From Haliotis rufescens (taxonomy: Eukaryota), in assembly GCF_023055435.1 (NCBI RefSeq), contig NW_025963779.1:13888001-13952000 (forward strand): a DNA stretch of 64,000 nt, given 5' to 3'. Positions within the stretch are counted from its first letter, which is position 1, and every line of letters starts with the position of its first letter. Position numbers and translations under genes: made by a program. Below are positions 48,516 through 62,818 of this stretch, in pieces. The notes beneath the pieces are model-generated. The model worked only from the letters and a program-made list of their open reading frames with translations. It was not told where the DNA came from and searched no databases.

Positions 48516-50217
48516 CAATCCAAACAACTCATTTCACGAATCTGAATTACAAGCATCGTTTATGTTCACACACATCTTTCATATGAGTCAAGTTGATTTA
48601 TGTCACATCCATACAGAAAATAAGCTCATAAATATCCTTCAGGGCTTAATGTGAAATAAGTCATTCTGGTTTGGACAGGTGTACCTGCACTGCAGATGTT
48701 TTGAATATTTTGATGCAATGAAAATTGTTAATGGGATACGAAACAGCTTCAGTAAGACAAGTAACCGGTTAAAGATAAATTTCAAACCGCGACCCTACTG
48801 AAGTTTTTGTCAATGAGTAAATAGAATATAGTTTTCAATGAGATTTACTTGGCTAGCAGGGTATCTTTCTACATCCCACTAGCTGTTTGAAACTGTTACC
48901 GTTACATACAAACCATGCTAACAGAATAATGTTCATTTGTGATGCTGAAATACGTTCATACTGAGGTGCCATTTTGGCTACCGGATCTCATCTTAATAAT
49001 AGGTTCTTGCACAAGACATGTGGTGCAAGGGATATTGTCTGCCCTGGACTCCCCAAGGAGTAATTGATTTGAGCACGGATATTGATTAGAATCTAGTCAA
49101 GGTCCATGCCCGTGCATGTATTATTTCAGGTCTTTTCAGGGAACCTGTATTCTGGTATTAGCAGGGATATGAAGCATCTCGATCTTCAAACAAATCTAAA
49201 TGCTGAAAATTTTACTCAATTTGACTGAAATATCAGCAGAGCAATTCCAAGAATTTGAAAGTTGTGGACACAATTGTATTCAAGGGAAGAATAGGTCCCC
49301 AGTATCCCATATATGCTCACTGATGATAGAAACGCGAATACCATACATGTTGGTTAATATATGGAGAATTACTCATATTCAAGAGATATTAGATTGGTTT
49401 GATGCACAAACAAACATACTGGTATGTTGTGTGAATCGACGCACTTGAACGCATCACATGTGACGTCAAAGACACAAGACTTGAGATGCCCCCTTTTGTC
49501 TTGTGCAGGAATAGCGTGTAAAGTTTGGAAATCATGTACTGCATACCGTGATAAGAATATAGACACTCTGTGGTAACACTTGACTGATTGTTAGTTTTGT
49601 CATTGATTGGTACACATTGGAAACATCTCTTCTTAACGTACATGCTTCTCTATATGTTTCTGTGGTTCGCGTATCTTTTGGCAGTGAGTATTTATCCTTG
49701 TAAAGGCATCAGGTGGTCGGCTGATGGTGTTATCATGCCTAAATGACATTATCAGTGCTCATGCTTTCAATCACTGGTTTGTCTGGACCAGACGTGATCA
49801 TTCATACACCGCTAGAATATGGCCAATGGCACATAAATGTGTGCATATCAAAATATCTAGCACAACAGGAAATACAATTAAAATTGTAAATCATGTCTAG
49901 TAATGTTTTTCGCAAAAATTCACATTTTGACCAAGTGTCTTATTTCCTGTTCATTTACCTGAACTATGACGTAGTGTTGCTCATCGTGTACTCAATAACA
50001 GTTTTGTATTTTAACTGAAAGTCTGATAGCACTAACTATACGACAGACTGCTTCAACACTAATGCAGTGGATCTTTTCACCATGTATTTACATGCTTTCC
50101 ACTGCTAAAGTATTCGCTAGTCACGCCAAAGATATTGCACAAGGAATGAAAGTGGTCAAGGTAGCTGCAGAACTAGACCCATTTTGTTCATCAGTTTATT
50201 AACTTCCAACCATGACT

Positions 50218-50908
50218 GGGGGTGGTGTGCCAGCCTGGTGGTTAAAGCATTCGCTCGTCACGCCAAAGACCCGGGTTCGATTCCCCAAAGGGGTACGGAG
50301 TGTAAGATGTGTACAGCCCATTTCTGGTGTTCCACGCTGTGATATTGCTGGAATATTGCTAAAAACAGCATAGAACCATACTCACTGAAAGTTTGATAGT
50401 ACTAACTATACGACAGATTGCTTAAACACTGATGCAGTTGATGGTTTGACCATGTATTTACATGCTTTCCACTGCTAAAGTATTCACTCGTCACGTTGAA
50501 CACCAAGGTTCTGTTCCCCACATGGGTAAGATGTGTACAGCCAATTTCTGGTGTCCCCCGCCATGATATTCCTGGAGTGATAGAGTGTGTCAGTTTGTTT
50601 AAACGCCGCTTTTAACAGTATTCCAGTTATATCACGGCATGTCAGCTTGATGTGGGAGGAAAGCCTGAAGTGATGCAGGTCTCAGACTTTTATCACTTTG
50701 GTGAAACCCACGAGCACGGGTATGGTGCTGACAAACCTAGAAACATAATCGGGGTGAACCGGGATTCGAACTCACAACCATAGGATTCTGGCGGGCCAAG
50801 GGACGCAACTCTGCACAGCGAATCGTGATGCCTTAGATGACTGGGCCACCCGTGCCCCCTCATATACCTGGAATATTGCTAAAAGCGACATAAAACCATA
50901 CTCACTCA
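50218..50908. mobile_element. SINE cluster: A (+, 50218-50386) and A (+, ~50475-50908) interrupted by D (-, ~50585-50858)
   Basis: Family similarity; D sits inside the gatattcctgga tail motif of A. Confidence 0.8.
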
Positions 50909-51135
50909 CCAACTTCCCCACTGTGTCAAATACGCAGGATGTTGCCTCACCATGTTAATCATTATAACCACTGCTAGTTTCAAACCACAGATTTCGTCCA
51001 GAATAAATTACAATTGAATGACTGCACTTGGGCAAGCCTTGGTAAATTCCATAGGTAATCAAGACATTCAAGCTTGTATACCTCACGTTAACTCAAGCAA
51101 GTTAAAATTAGAAATCCGAAATGGAAATTCGCCTA

Positions 51136-51430
51136 CTGTATTCGACCCAATAAGCGCCCATGTCCCAATAAGCGCCCCCCCCGGTCCGGATATGTATATA
51201 GTAATTATTTTGTTTTAAATGAAAATCGTCCGGGAACTGAAGTTTCCGGATATTTGAAGTCTGTACAAGCGGGGCATGACTGTATTCTGTTTATTTTAGA
51301 TATTTGTGACTTACCCGGGTAAGGCTTACTGATGAATTTACGCCAATTTGACTCTGAATTGGTCCCAATAAGCGCCCACCCCTTCTGTCTTTATTTTAAG
51401 CGCCCTGGGCGCTTATTGGGTCGAATACGG
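51136..51430. mobile_element. Pogo/Tc2-type MITE
   Basis: TIR ctgtattcgacccaataagcgccc / gggcgcttattgggtcgaatacgg; TA TSD. Confidence 0.85.
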
Positions 51431-53014
51431 TAATTTGTTTTAAATATTCTTTCAAATTGTGTAAACATAGACTGAGACACATTGATTTTGCAGTTTCTAT
51501 TACCAAGTTGCTTAGAAATACCTCATCGATTTTATGCTACAATATTGATATTTATATGCAGTGTTTAGTTGCAAGGGCTGTGATGCTGAGTGTTCCCTAT
51601 GGGACCCAGCAAGTGTCAGATTGCATCAAACAGCCATTAGGTTAGTGCTTCATGGTAATACTGCTCTCTTGACAATGACACAGTTTGTCAATCAGAACTA
51701 CTGGTAATTGTAAAATAAATTGAAGTATGTTTCATATCTGATTGTTTGAGAAATGTTAAAATGAAATTGGTTCTTTGTTTGTTGTTTAATGTCGCACTCA
51801 GTAATATTCAAGCTATGAAACCGACAAACAAATAATCAAGCCTGGACTGGTTGATCCAGTGATTGATATTATGAGCAATGGTCCATGCAGTTGGAGTAAG
51901 ATGACACTTTATGACCCTGTTGAGCCTGAATAGCTAATCACAGACTAACGCTTTGTATATAATATTGATAGAAACAGTCACTTTTAGTTATTTCATTTGA
52001 GAAGGTGCATCAACGAGATTTCGGAACCTGTGGCAAATCTAGACTTGCTTCATTTAGGGCTAAAGCATTACAGTCCGGGCTTGGCGAGATGGACAATAAT
52101 ATGGTTCAGACTGACCGGAACCATAACGTTGCCTCTTACAAAGCTGGGGCCAATTCTAACCTGGAATCTCCGAGGGTCCTGACACCATCCAGATTTTTAA
52201 CTTTATTTGTGAATACTTTTTTGTAGATACTTTTCTTTTAGATATTAAATAATAATGTCCCAAATGTGAAAAAGGTGTAATCATTACACTTTTTGTATTT
52301 TGAGTTTGCTAATATTCATGAGAAAACCTTTCATTATTGGATCTTCTAAACATGGCTGAGGCGAGTCATGGCAGAATGTGATGCCACCTATTGTGTCGTG
52401 TTGTCACAGCATTCAAGTTACACCATGTTTCAAGCTGTTTGAGTGTATATTGATAGAGTTCTGTGGAAAAAATTACTAGTAACTTTTATGTTCCATATGA
52501 AATTTCCAGGCTGTGGAAGCTAAAAAAACCACCCCAAATCTGAAAACAGTTTCCCTTAATGAATGGATTTGCTGTTAAGTTTTCTTCATATTCCAATAAT
52601 CTAACAAGTTGCACCCATAGTTTGAAACAACTTTTTTATTGTGACAGCTGATGTGACATAGAAATATGACTATTGATAATAAGTGCTCTTGTAGTGAATG
52701 AATGATGATAAATTGCAATTCATTGTCCATGGGCAGCCCCTGTGTCTACATTGCCTCAGTGGAGTTAGATGTGTTATTCACTCCCCTTGAGATGGCCATG
52801 CTGATAGCCAGCCACATCTGTAGTAGTTGAGATCAACTTTGATTGTAGTGCTGCCTACACCAGAAAGTGCATTGACCCTTCTGAGTAATGGTGTGTTTTG
52901 CCATGTCCAAGGATTATCTAGATGTGTTCAGGGGCTGATATTCTGAAGCAATCTGAGCCTTTTTGTGTCTACTAGCAGGAACTTGTCACTTGACATCACT
53001 TTTGGTAGATTTAA

Positions 53015-53170
53015 CAGCATTAGAAATTGGCACTAGTCCTATAGTCCTTGCCAAACTGCCCAATGGTAAAGGTATCATAGGGACTAGTAGAAATTTGCCC
53101 TTTTTAAGGGTTTTGCTATATGTTATCATTATGAGGACTAGTGGACGAAAGCTGTTAGTTTCTAACCCTG
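53015..53170. mobile_element. 156-bp MITE with CAG termini and 5-bp TSD
   Basis: cagcattagaaa...tttctaaccctg; TSD tttaa. Confidence 0.8.
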
Positions 53171-55737
53171 TTTAAGTGTTAATGTTTCCACTATTTTCAG
53201 ATGATCTTACTAGACTGGTGGACAGTTTACCAGACAATTTGGGCTGTGTGTATTGCCTAATATCACAATGTGCTCAAGTCTGCAGCAAATGTTGGTCAAA
53301 TTCCCAGTCGGAAATTGGGATTAGAAATTGGAATTAGAAATTGTCATGATAATCAACTTTTGTTATGGGTTCTAAGACTATTATTAGTATTAACATGATC
53401 AAGAAGAAAAGGCTACTTTACTTACTTCTGTATGACTAGATTGAATGCAATGTTAGGACAAAATAAAGCATTTTCCCATTTTGCCTGCCACAGACACTTA
53501 GTTTTGTATCTGAGCTAAATCCCCGGTTATTGAAAGTGCTGGTGGCGTGGAGCATGGTGATGGAGGAGAATCCGAGGAGGCTGCGTCGACTGCATGCCTG
53601 CCATGTCCCAGTGGCTTACGTGAGCCGTGTTCCGTGCATTCCAAATGTCAAGTGTCCACCCTAACTTCAGTTGTAAGATTTCCCTTGATCAGACATTCCA
53701 GTCATGTGGCCACTTCTGCTCACGTAAAGTCTCCTTGGCCCCTGCACCTCTCATACACTGCTGTCAGGAGACTTGCAGACGCAAGAAAGTCTCACAATAT
53801 TGAATAGAATCAAGGGTTAACCAGACCAGTTTCATTCATTGATTTACAACAGCAGAGACAATAAAACTTTTTTTCAATGTTTATGTAATTTCTTAAAATC
53901 CTCTTGAAATATAATAAACTATAAACACTGATGCTGATACTAACATGTTTATTAAACATATTTTCTGTCAAACATATATTCATTTCCTTTTCCAAAACTT
54001 AGGGTAGTCTCATATATAAAAAGTGTAAGGGAATTTTTCTGACTTAAGATTGATATTTAGGCACAAAATTTGTTATTTTCTTACTCCAGCCCTTGCTATA
54101 TTTTTAAGTCTTGCACATCTAGTGCTTATTTCAGGGTTTGAAGAAAAGGCATATTGTCCAGTTTTTGTTTAATTTACCCTTTGAACACTTAAAATTCACA
54201 ACAATAGTTTTATAGTTTTCTCAGAAACCTCTTGAAATATAATAAACTAAGAACATTTATTGTTTATGGGAGTATTTCTTGTCATTTATGACGTCTTGAG
54301 TGCTAGCAGACAATGTGTAGTGCCTGTGACAGGGATTAGTACCAGCCATGCTGTTTGCCTCATGTCAAGATGCTCAAGGTATCCTCAGGCCAAAAGATAA
54401 AGACTTATGTTTCTGACTTTTTGGTTTTATCTAAATTGATGAGATGGTGCAAATTCAAGTATTTTTACATTTTATTTTTCAACAAAGCATACTAACATGG
54501 TTTAAATCGTGTAAACAGGTTTAGAGATTGTTAACATTGTGCTTTCCGGTTGGCAGATTAGAGTTATCTGCCCTTTGGTTAAAAGCCCAGGCAACGATGC
54601 ATGCACGGTTTGACATGAACACAAGACTATTTTGTTTGGTCTATGGGCTAGTAAACATTCAAACTAATGAAAATGAAGATGTTACAATTAAAGTCATACA
54701 TGTGAATTCATTCATCTGATGATATCAACGAATCTGAAGTTTCACCTCTGACATTGTATCACATTTATCAGGTTGTCGGGTTGAAGAAACATAATAATAA
54801 CATCGAACGGTTGGGGGGTATATGAGAAACAAGACTCAATCTAATTACCAGGACATGAGGAGTATGGTTTGATTTTCTTCAGTGGGTCAACATGGTCTTA
54901 TGAGCAATGTCAAGTCTCTCCTAATTAGGGATTCCCACAAATCCATTTATACGTCTCATATTTCAGAAGTTTATTGATTTTCATTAATTCTGAAATCATA
55001 TGGAAATAACAATGTTTCCAATGACAACAAATATGTTTATGTTGACCCAGTTGTTCTGTGAAGGAAAACAAGACGAAATCCCAGATGTGGCCAAGGGGAT
55101 TGTTCCATAACCACCTGACGTCTCCGCTAGTCAATGAGGCTCTGGTACACTCGAGATCTCATCTCATAATCAATAAGACCTGTTGTCCAACCCTGCACCA
55201 CTGTTACAGCATCCTTTGGGCTGAATGGGAACATGTAGAACCGAGCTGATTTATGACCAGCGGCCCCATCTGTCAGTGTAACTGTGTTATGACTGTTTTC
55301 AATTTTGGTGATATGCTTGGCTTTTGAAGTCTTTTTGTTCGATCTCATGCTAATGGAGTTTTCAGATGGGCAGTGTGCATAGCTGCTTTAAAGGCGCAAG
55401 GTCTTACATTTCAAGTAAATTATTTGCTACTGGAATTTGAAAATCAAATTTTGATATATGGTAGTTTTACTTGTCAGAAGTAACAGAGTATTCCCTTTAC
55501 AGGTATCAGCTAAAATTAGATTGGCATTGAATTACAGGTAATTCTGTTATGACAACAAGAAGAGCTTCAGTGGGTACCAAAATATTTCTTTTGGAAACTT
55601 TCTTTAAACCTGATATTGCATCTTTAATATTTTCTTGAACTGATTTATCAAAAGATTCTATCGTCAAAAACAATTTGTTTTGAATTTCAGTGATATTTAC
55701 ATATTTAATTGTCACAACATTTGGACCCAGTACCAGT

Positions 55738-55980
55738 ACCCATGAAGATCTGGGTTAGAATAGGTCTTCAGCAACTCTTGCTTGTCGTAAGGGGCAACTA
55801 ACGGGATCGGGTGGTCAGGCTTGCTGACTTAGTTGATGCATGTCATCGTATCCCAATTGCATGGATTGATGCACATAATAATCACTGGATTGTCTGGTCC
55901 AGAGTCAATTATATACAGACTGCCATCATATAGCTGGAATATTCTGAGTGCTGAATTAAACAGCAAACATACAAACAACA
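55738..55980 (+). mobile_element. Family C short retroposon
   Basis: Full-length copy. Confidence 0.85.
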
Positions 55981-57384
55981 TTACAAAAAGTGTGTATTGT
56001 ATTTAAGCTTTCATGCTTTCCTATTCGGTCCAGAGTGGGAATGTCAGTGAGAAATGATCTGTTACATTGCCTCATTAGGTTTTTTTCTAGGCCATTGACA
56101 CTGGCCAGTGGCTTCACTGCCGAGTTTGAGATAACCTCAATTTTCAGAGCACATGTGTTACATGAGTTCTTAGTCTACAAGATATTGATATGAAAATAAC
56201 TTCAACTAAAATGTTTCTATTTCAGCCTTGAAGAGATTAGAAATGCACTTTATTGTCAACATCGTGAACATTCTGTTCGTTGAAACCAAGGTTGCCAGTC
56301 CTTTGGGGGATTTTGTAGGCACTACAAGTGACAGAAAAAATATCCTTAGGCGTAATATGTATAAAAAGTGTGTCAATTAAACAGGACCTCTATGTTATGT
56401 GAATCCTTGGTCCATCCATCTTTCAATTATTATTTTTTGTGGTCATATAATTGCATCATTTCTTATGAGTTATGACAAAATATAAGAGAATGTTGTTTCA
56501 TTATTGATATTTCTGCCATAACAGTTTGGAAGCTCGTGAATAAAACACAACACAGACATGATAGATGTATATTGCTGGAATCCTTATTGAATTACGCAAC
56601 ATCAACAGAATTGCAATGGCCTACATTCAAGTGATGCAGAGTTATGCCCCTTATATATATTTACGCTTACTGGGCATCTGCAGTGTTTTGACATGAGAGA
56701 GGAAATTCAGATTTTGTGTTAGCGTGATTTACAGGATCAGCATGACATAAGTAATGTAATACATCATACAAATGAGTTATACCATGTATAATACAGGTCA
56801 GATATGAACCAGTGTTTTGTTTGCTCATGAACATGTTTATTGAGGTCTGTTTAAAATAATTAAAATGGTTCTTTTCCTACCATGTCTATGCAAAACCAAA
56901 CCTTCAACAACATTCAGCACTGTCTGCTTTTTATGTACCGGGTAGTCAAATCTTCACAATCAGTTTCAACCCTTGAGGTAGGGAGTTCTTTATTCTACCA
57001 CTGTGTAATTCTCTAGATTAGGGGTAGACCCAGTGTAGCGTAACCACAATTCTCACATATTGTTCACTTTGCTCTTTTTAACTTTGAGCATAAAAATAAC
57101 TGGGGAGTATGGAGGTTTATTGTCTTTACGATAACAGATAAGATTTATGAGATTGGAGATTTTTTATTACAGTGTCATGTATTATACAACTTAAAAATAT
57201 AACATGTTATTTATGCAATAAAATGTACACTATCCAAACTGGTAAAGTCTTTCAAGAGACCTCTTAAACCTGAATGTTGTTTTTTCGGGTTATTTTCTTG
57301 TATTAATAATATTGCACAAGGAATGAATGTGGTCAATGAAGTTGCACATCCAAACCCCCTTTGTTCATTAGCCAGTTTCTTATT

Positions 57385-57540
57385 AGTGAGTGAGTGAGTG
57401 AGGTTTTACGCCGCTTTTAGCAATATTCCAGCAATATCACGGCGGGGGACACCAGAAATGGTCTTCACATATTGTACCCATGTCAGGAATCAAACCCGGG
57501 TCTTCCTCGTAACAAGCGAACGCTTTAACCATTAGGCCTA
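57385..57540 (-). mobile_element. SINE family A
   Basis: (GAGT)n tail; TSD agtttctt. Confidence 0.85.
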
Positions 57541-57707
57541 AGTTTCTTTTTAACTTTCAACCCATGACTCTACTCTACGATTAAGAATGTCTGTGTACGC
57601 TTTACTGGGTATCAACAGCAGAGTCATGCCTCTGTGTCTCAGTGGGTCAAAAGAGTCGGATGAGTCTGTCACTCCTTTTCCTTGGCAATACAGTGTTATT
57701 AAGATGG

Positions 57708-58150
57708 TAGGGCTGGGACGGGAAACTTGGGTACTCGGGTCGGGTGGGTCATGAGTAGGACCTGGGTACCCACAGTACTACCCGGACCCGTGGTTGTCAC
57801 GTGACATATTGTTTAATGACAAAAACTCACTAGAGCTCAGTGGTTACACTACAAGTCACTTATGTTAGCATTTTTTTATGATGATGCAAACATTCCTTTT
57901 GACTTGTATATGTTTGAAAAAAGATAAAGCTTCAGTCAACTTCAGTGTACGCATGATTTGATCATTTCATAAAAGACCATATATCTTTTATATAGTCTCT
58001 GGTTTCATACATGTATCTAAGCAACTTTTGCCAGGGCTACAGTTAAACTATTCCCAATTAGACATTGTGTTCTCAACTCTTGAGACCTACAGTGGGTACC
58101 TGTGTAGGGTCGGGTAGCCGGGTAGTAAATTTGGATTCGTCCCAGCCCTA
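57708..58150. mobile_element. hAT-type MITE
   Basis: TIR tagggctgggacg / cgtcccagcccta; 8-bp TSD taagatgg/taggatgg. Confidence 0.88.
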
Positions 58151-59596
58151 TAGGATGGTATGCTTTGATCTGGTGCAACAGGTGTATACTGTTTTTTTTG
58201 CAGTAGTCAGGGGAAATGTTATCAATACCTGTAGCAATAGCTTTGTTCCTTCGTTGTTGCAAAACAGCTGTCTCCACTTCTGTGAATGGTATCGGATTAC
58301 ATGTATTCAGTTTAGAAACATGAGAAATGTTTACATCTCACTCCAGCTCTTTCTGTCATGGTAGCTGATCAATAACATCTTGGTGGAAATCGTCATCAAA
58401 CGTTGAGTGTGGAGTATCAGATGTGTAGGAGTTTTCTAATGCTGTAAAATTTGTTCGTTGTCAGTGACTATATTGCCTTTTTCATTTTCAGTAGAATTTC
58501 CTCTTTTCTGTCGTTGGCTAATCCCATTTTTCCACATGTCCCTGAAGAATCTTTACTTTTTTTCCGCTGACGTATGTATAAGCTGTTTTGCTTGATACGT
58601 TCTCCTTGTTTGACGATTTGTTTTCTTGATTTTAGAAAGTTTTTTTCATGCATATCTTTTCAATTCAGTTTTTATTCCTTTTCTTCTGTAAACAGGATTG
58701 TGATGGATCTAGAACAGAACAGAATTTGTATTCAGTAATTTTGGTTTCAAAGTCCATCAGTGCCACACGTTGCAGATACAGGCAGATGAATCTGATGCTG
58801 TTGATCCCCACGTTAACCCCCTAGTATTGCATGCTGGGACAGAAGCTGAGAGTTTCGCTGCTGCATTATTGGTCTCCTTCAGTTATTGCACCTGTGACTA
58901 GTGTTAGGTATTAATAGAGAAAATAGAGGATCACATTAAAATGGATGGTCTGTTGATGTGAAACCTTGTCTTGTATAATCTTTTATTGCCGTTTGATTTC
59001 TTTTGGTAAACACACGTTCATTAAAACGAACTGGATTGATGAAAACATATTTCATCTGCGATAATGAAAGACAGCAAATTATTCTTGGGGACCCATGTGT
59101 TGTTGTCCACCAGCTTTGGAAGAGAAGAGAGATGCCACCTGTTGACACAGAAACTAGGTGATTTACTGTAGTGAATGGTTAGTTCTCCGGGGGATACCGG
59201 GTTAGGATTGGTGCTCAGGAACCTATGCTGGTCATAAACAGCGACTGAATGGATCAGGTGGTCGGACTTGGTGACTTTGGTGATAACATGTCACGGTCTC
59301 CTGATGGCGTGGATTGTTGCTCAACAAATGGAGTGTCTGATCCTGACTTGATTTTTACAGGCCGCATAATATATATAACATGGCCGATTTCAGCGAGGTC
59401 CAGATATTGGTTTTTGTGATTCAGTCAAGTAAACCAACTTGAACAAGGCATTGCTTTTGGTTGGTTCTTCTTTGTTTTTGAGATAAACAGAGTTGTGTAA
59501 ATGGAAAATACTGCTGTGGTGTATAAGGCCAACAATTAATAGGTACTTGGGCTGGAGAGAATGTAGAGGATAGCCAATAGGGGATGAGGGATTATC

Positions 59597-59752
59597 CAGC
59601 GTTAGAAATTGGTACTAGTCCTGTAGTCCTGGCCAAACTGCCCAATAGTTAAGGTATCATAAGGACTAGTAGAAATTTCCCATTTTTAAGGGTTTTGCTC
59701 TATGTTATCATTATGGGGACTAGTAGACTAAACATGTTAGTTTCTACTGCTG
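59597..59752. mobile_element. Second copy of the 156-bp MITE
   Basis: Near-identical to 53015-53170; TSD ttatc. Confidence 0.8.
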
Positions 59753-60019
59753 TTATCTGTTATGCGTGAATGAAATGTTTGTCTCAAGATATAAGCAAGT
59801 TAAAGAGACAGCACATATATAATGATGATTTCCATCATTGAACCAAGTTTCTTTGTTAACCAAACTCCTTATTGGCAGTACAGACGTCATTGTTACAATG
59901 TAGAGATGATGTCATCATAGTAATAATCTCATAGCATGTCTCTGTTGACATACTAACCCCGTTACCTACTGGACATGGTGTTCAAATGGACAGGATGGGC
60001 ATACAGTTTGGCCCTCACC

Positions 60020-61997
60020 CTTCACTCCTGGGTCACTCCTGGCTCACTCCTGGCTCACTCCTTGTTCACTCTTGGCTCACTCCTGGCTCACTCCTGGCTC
60101 AATCTTTGTTCACTCTTGGTCCACTCCTGGCTCACTCTTTGTTCACTCTTGGTCCACTCCTGGCTCACTCCTGGCTCACTCTTTGTTCACTCTTGATCCG
60201 CTCCTGGCTCACTCTTTGTTCACTCTTGATCCGCTCCTGGCTCACTCTTTGTTCACTCTTGGTCCATTCCTGGCTCACTCCTGGCTCACTCTTGGTCCAC
60301 TCTTGGCTCACTCCTGGCTCACTCCTGGCTCAATCTTTGTTCACTCTTGGTCCACTCCTGGCTCACTCTTTGTTCACTCTTGGTCCACTCCTGGCTCACT
60401 CCTGGCTCACTCCTGGCTCACTCTTTGTTCACTCTTGATCCGCTCCTGGCTCACTCTTTGTTCACTCTTGATCCGCTCCTGGCTCACTCTTTGTTCACTC
60501 TTGGTCCATTCCTGGCTCACTCCTGGCTCACTCTTTGTTCACTCCTGACTCACTCATGGCTCACTCTTTGTTCACTCTTTGTCCACTCTTGGCTCACTCC
60601 TGGCTCACTCCTGGCTCACTCCTGGCTCACTCTTTGTTCACTCTTGATCCGCTCCTGGCTCACTCTTTGTTCACTCTTTGTCCACTCTTGGCTCACTCCT
60701 GGCTCACTCCTGGCTCACTCCTGGCTCACTCTTTGTTCACTCTTGATCCACTCCTGGCTCACTCTTTGTTCACTCTTTGTCCACTCTTGGCTCACTCTTT
60801 GTTCACCCTTGGTCCACTCTTTGTCCACTCTTGGCTCACTCTTTGTTCACTCTTGGTCCACTCTTTGAACACTCTTGGTCCACTCTTTGTCCACTCTTGG
60901 CTCACTCTTTGTTCACTCCTGGCTCACTCCTGGCTCACTCTTTGTTCACTCTTGGTCCACTCTTTGAACACTCTTGGTCCACTCTTTGTCCACTCTTGGC
61001 TCACTCTTTGTCCACTCCTGGCTCACTCTTTGTTCACTCTTGGTCCACTCTTGGCTCACTCCTGGCTCACTCCTGGCTCACTCTTTGTTCACTCTTGGTC
61101 CACTCTTGGCTCACTCCTGGCTCACTCCTGGCTCACTCTTTGTTCACTCTTTGTCCACTCTTGGTCCACTCTTTGTCCACTCTTGGCTCACTCTTTGTCC
61201 ACTCTTGGCTCACTCTTTGAACGCTCTTGGTCCACTCTTTGTCCACTCTTGGCTCACTCTTTGTCCACTCTTTGTTCACTCTTTGTCCACTCTTTGTCCA
61301 CTCTTGGTCCACTCTTTGTCCACTCTTGGCTCACTCTTTGTCCACTCTTTGTTCACTCTTTGTCCACTCTTGGCTCACCCTTTGTCCACTCTTTGTTCAC
61401 TCTTTGTCCACTCTTTGTCCACTCTTGGTCCACTCTTGGTCCACTCTTTGTCCACTCTTTGTCCACTCTTGGTCCACTCGTTGTCCACTCTTGGCTCACT
61501 CTTTGTCCACTCTTGGCTCACTCTTTGAACACTCTTGGTCCACTCTTTGTCCACTCTTGGTCCACTCTTTGTCCACTCTTGGTCCACTCTTTGTTCACTC
61601 TTTGTCCACTCTTTGTCCACTCTTGGCTCACTCTTTGTCCACTCTTGGCTCACTCTTTGTCCACTCTTTGTTCACTCTTGGCTCACTCTTTGTCCACTCT
61701 TTGTTCACTCTTTGTCCACTCTTTGAACACTCTTTGTCCACTCTTTGTCCACTCTTTGAACACTCTTTGTCCACTCTTGGTCCACTCTTTGTCCACTCTT
61801 GGCTCACTCTTTGTCCACTCTTGGCTCACTCTTTGAACACTCTTTGTCCACTCTTTGTCCACTCTTGGTCCACTCTTTGTCCACTCTTGGCTCACTCTTT
61901 GTTCACTCCTGGCTCACTCCTGGCTCACTCCTGGTCCACTCTTGGCTCACTCCTGGTTCACTCTTTGTCCACTCTTGGCTCACTCCTGGTTCACTCC
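60020..61997 (+). repeat. 11-bp pyrimidine-rich minisatellite, ~180 units
   Basis: Variants cactcctggct / cactcttggtc / cactctttgtc / cactctttgtt. Confidence 0.97.
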
Positions 61998-62818
61998 AAT
62001 AAACTCACACAAATTGAAAGTTATTTATTTAGTAATTAAGTTTACTTCTAACCAAGTATCAACTTGTACCAAAGATTTCATCCTGCCTTTTAGAAGAATG
62101 TTGTGGCAACAAAATATCATATGTTGTAGCAGGATCACGAGGGGTACATGGGGTTTTATGCCTCCCACGTTAGGTTTTATACCCCTCGTGATCCTGCTAC
62201 AACAATTTTTTCTTACCAACATGTTTTACAGTGACAATGTAAAAGAATTCAAACAAATTCGAAATTGATAGAAAACAGCTGTTCGCTTGAGCTGAGGTTA
62301 GCTTGTGCTATGTGACGTGACTTCCATTGACTTGAAAAAAGCATGTGACTTTTTACTTTGAAGCGGGGCATAAGAGATTTAGTCTGCCTCTCAGAAATCC
62401 ATGTGCAGCCTAACTTGCTCAGGGCGGGGTATAAGAGATTTGTTCCCCGGCTGAGAAATTTATTCCCCTCCAAGGCGGGGTACATAGTACTTTATCACGA
62501 TCACGTGGACCAATCAGATCTCAGCATTTTGACATGGATGTATGATAAGGACTATTATTAGGTGTGCCTCTGACATTGTATAAGCCCAAAAGAAGTCTTT
62601 TCGGATTTTGGCTTTCAGAACTTGTAGACTGAAGAATGGGAATTTAGGTAGCCCAGTTTTTAAGGTGTTTGCTCATCACACCGAAAACCGAAATGTATTC
62701 ATGAATGTATCATGAATTTTTTTGTTTCCTCAGCTGTGATATTGCTCAAATATTGTTAAGGCGTAAAAAGTTCCCTCATTGTAGACTGAGGTATTAACTA
62801 TTAACTCCTTTTTTTCAG

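Noticed and set aside
53547-53807. GC-richer ORF as an extra exon of the MANSC gene
   Set aside because: No clear acceptor/donor pair or domain similarity.
54925-55350. Possible coding relic
   Set aside because: No recognisable motif or consistent splice sites.
58360-58720. Lys/Arg-rich minus-strand ORF
   Set aside because: Compositional bias only; no family motif or exon boundaries.
59975-62268. Many overlapping HSWLTLCS-type ORFs
   Set aside because: Translations of the 11-bp minisatellite.
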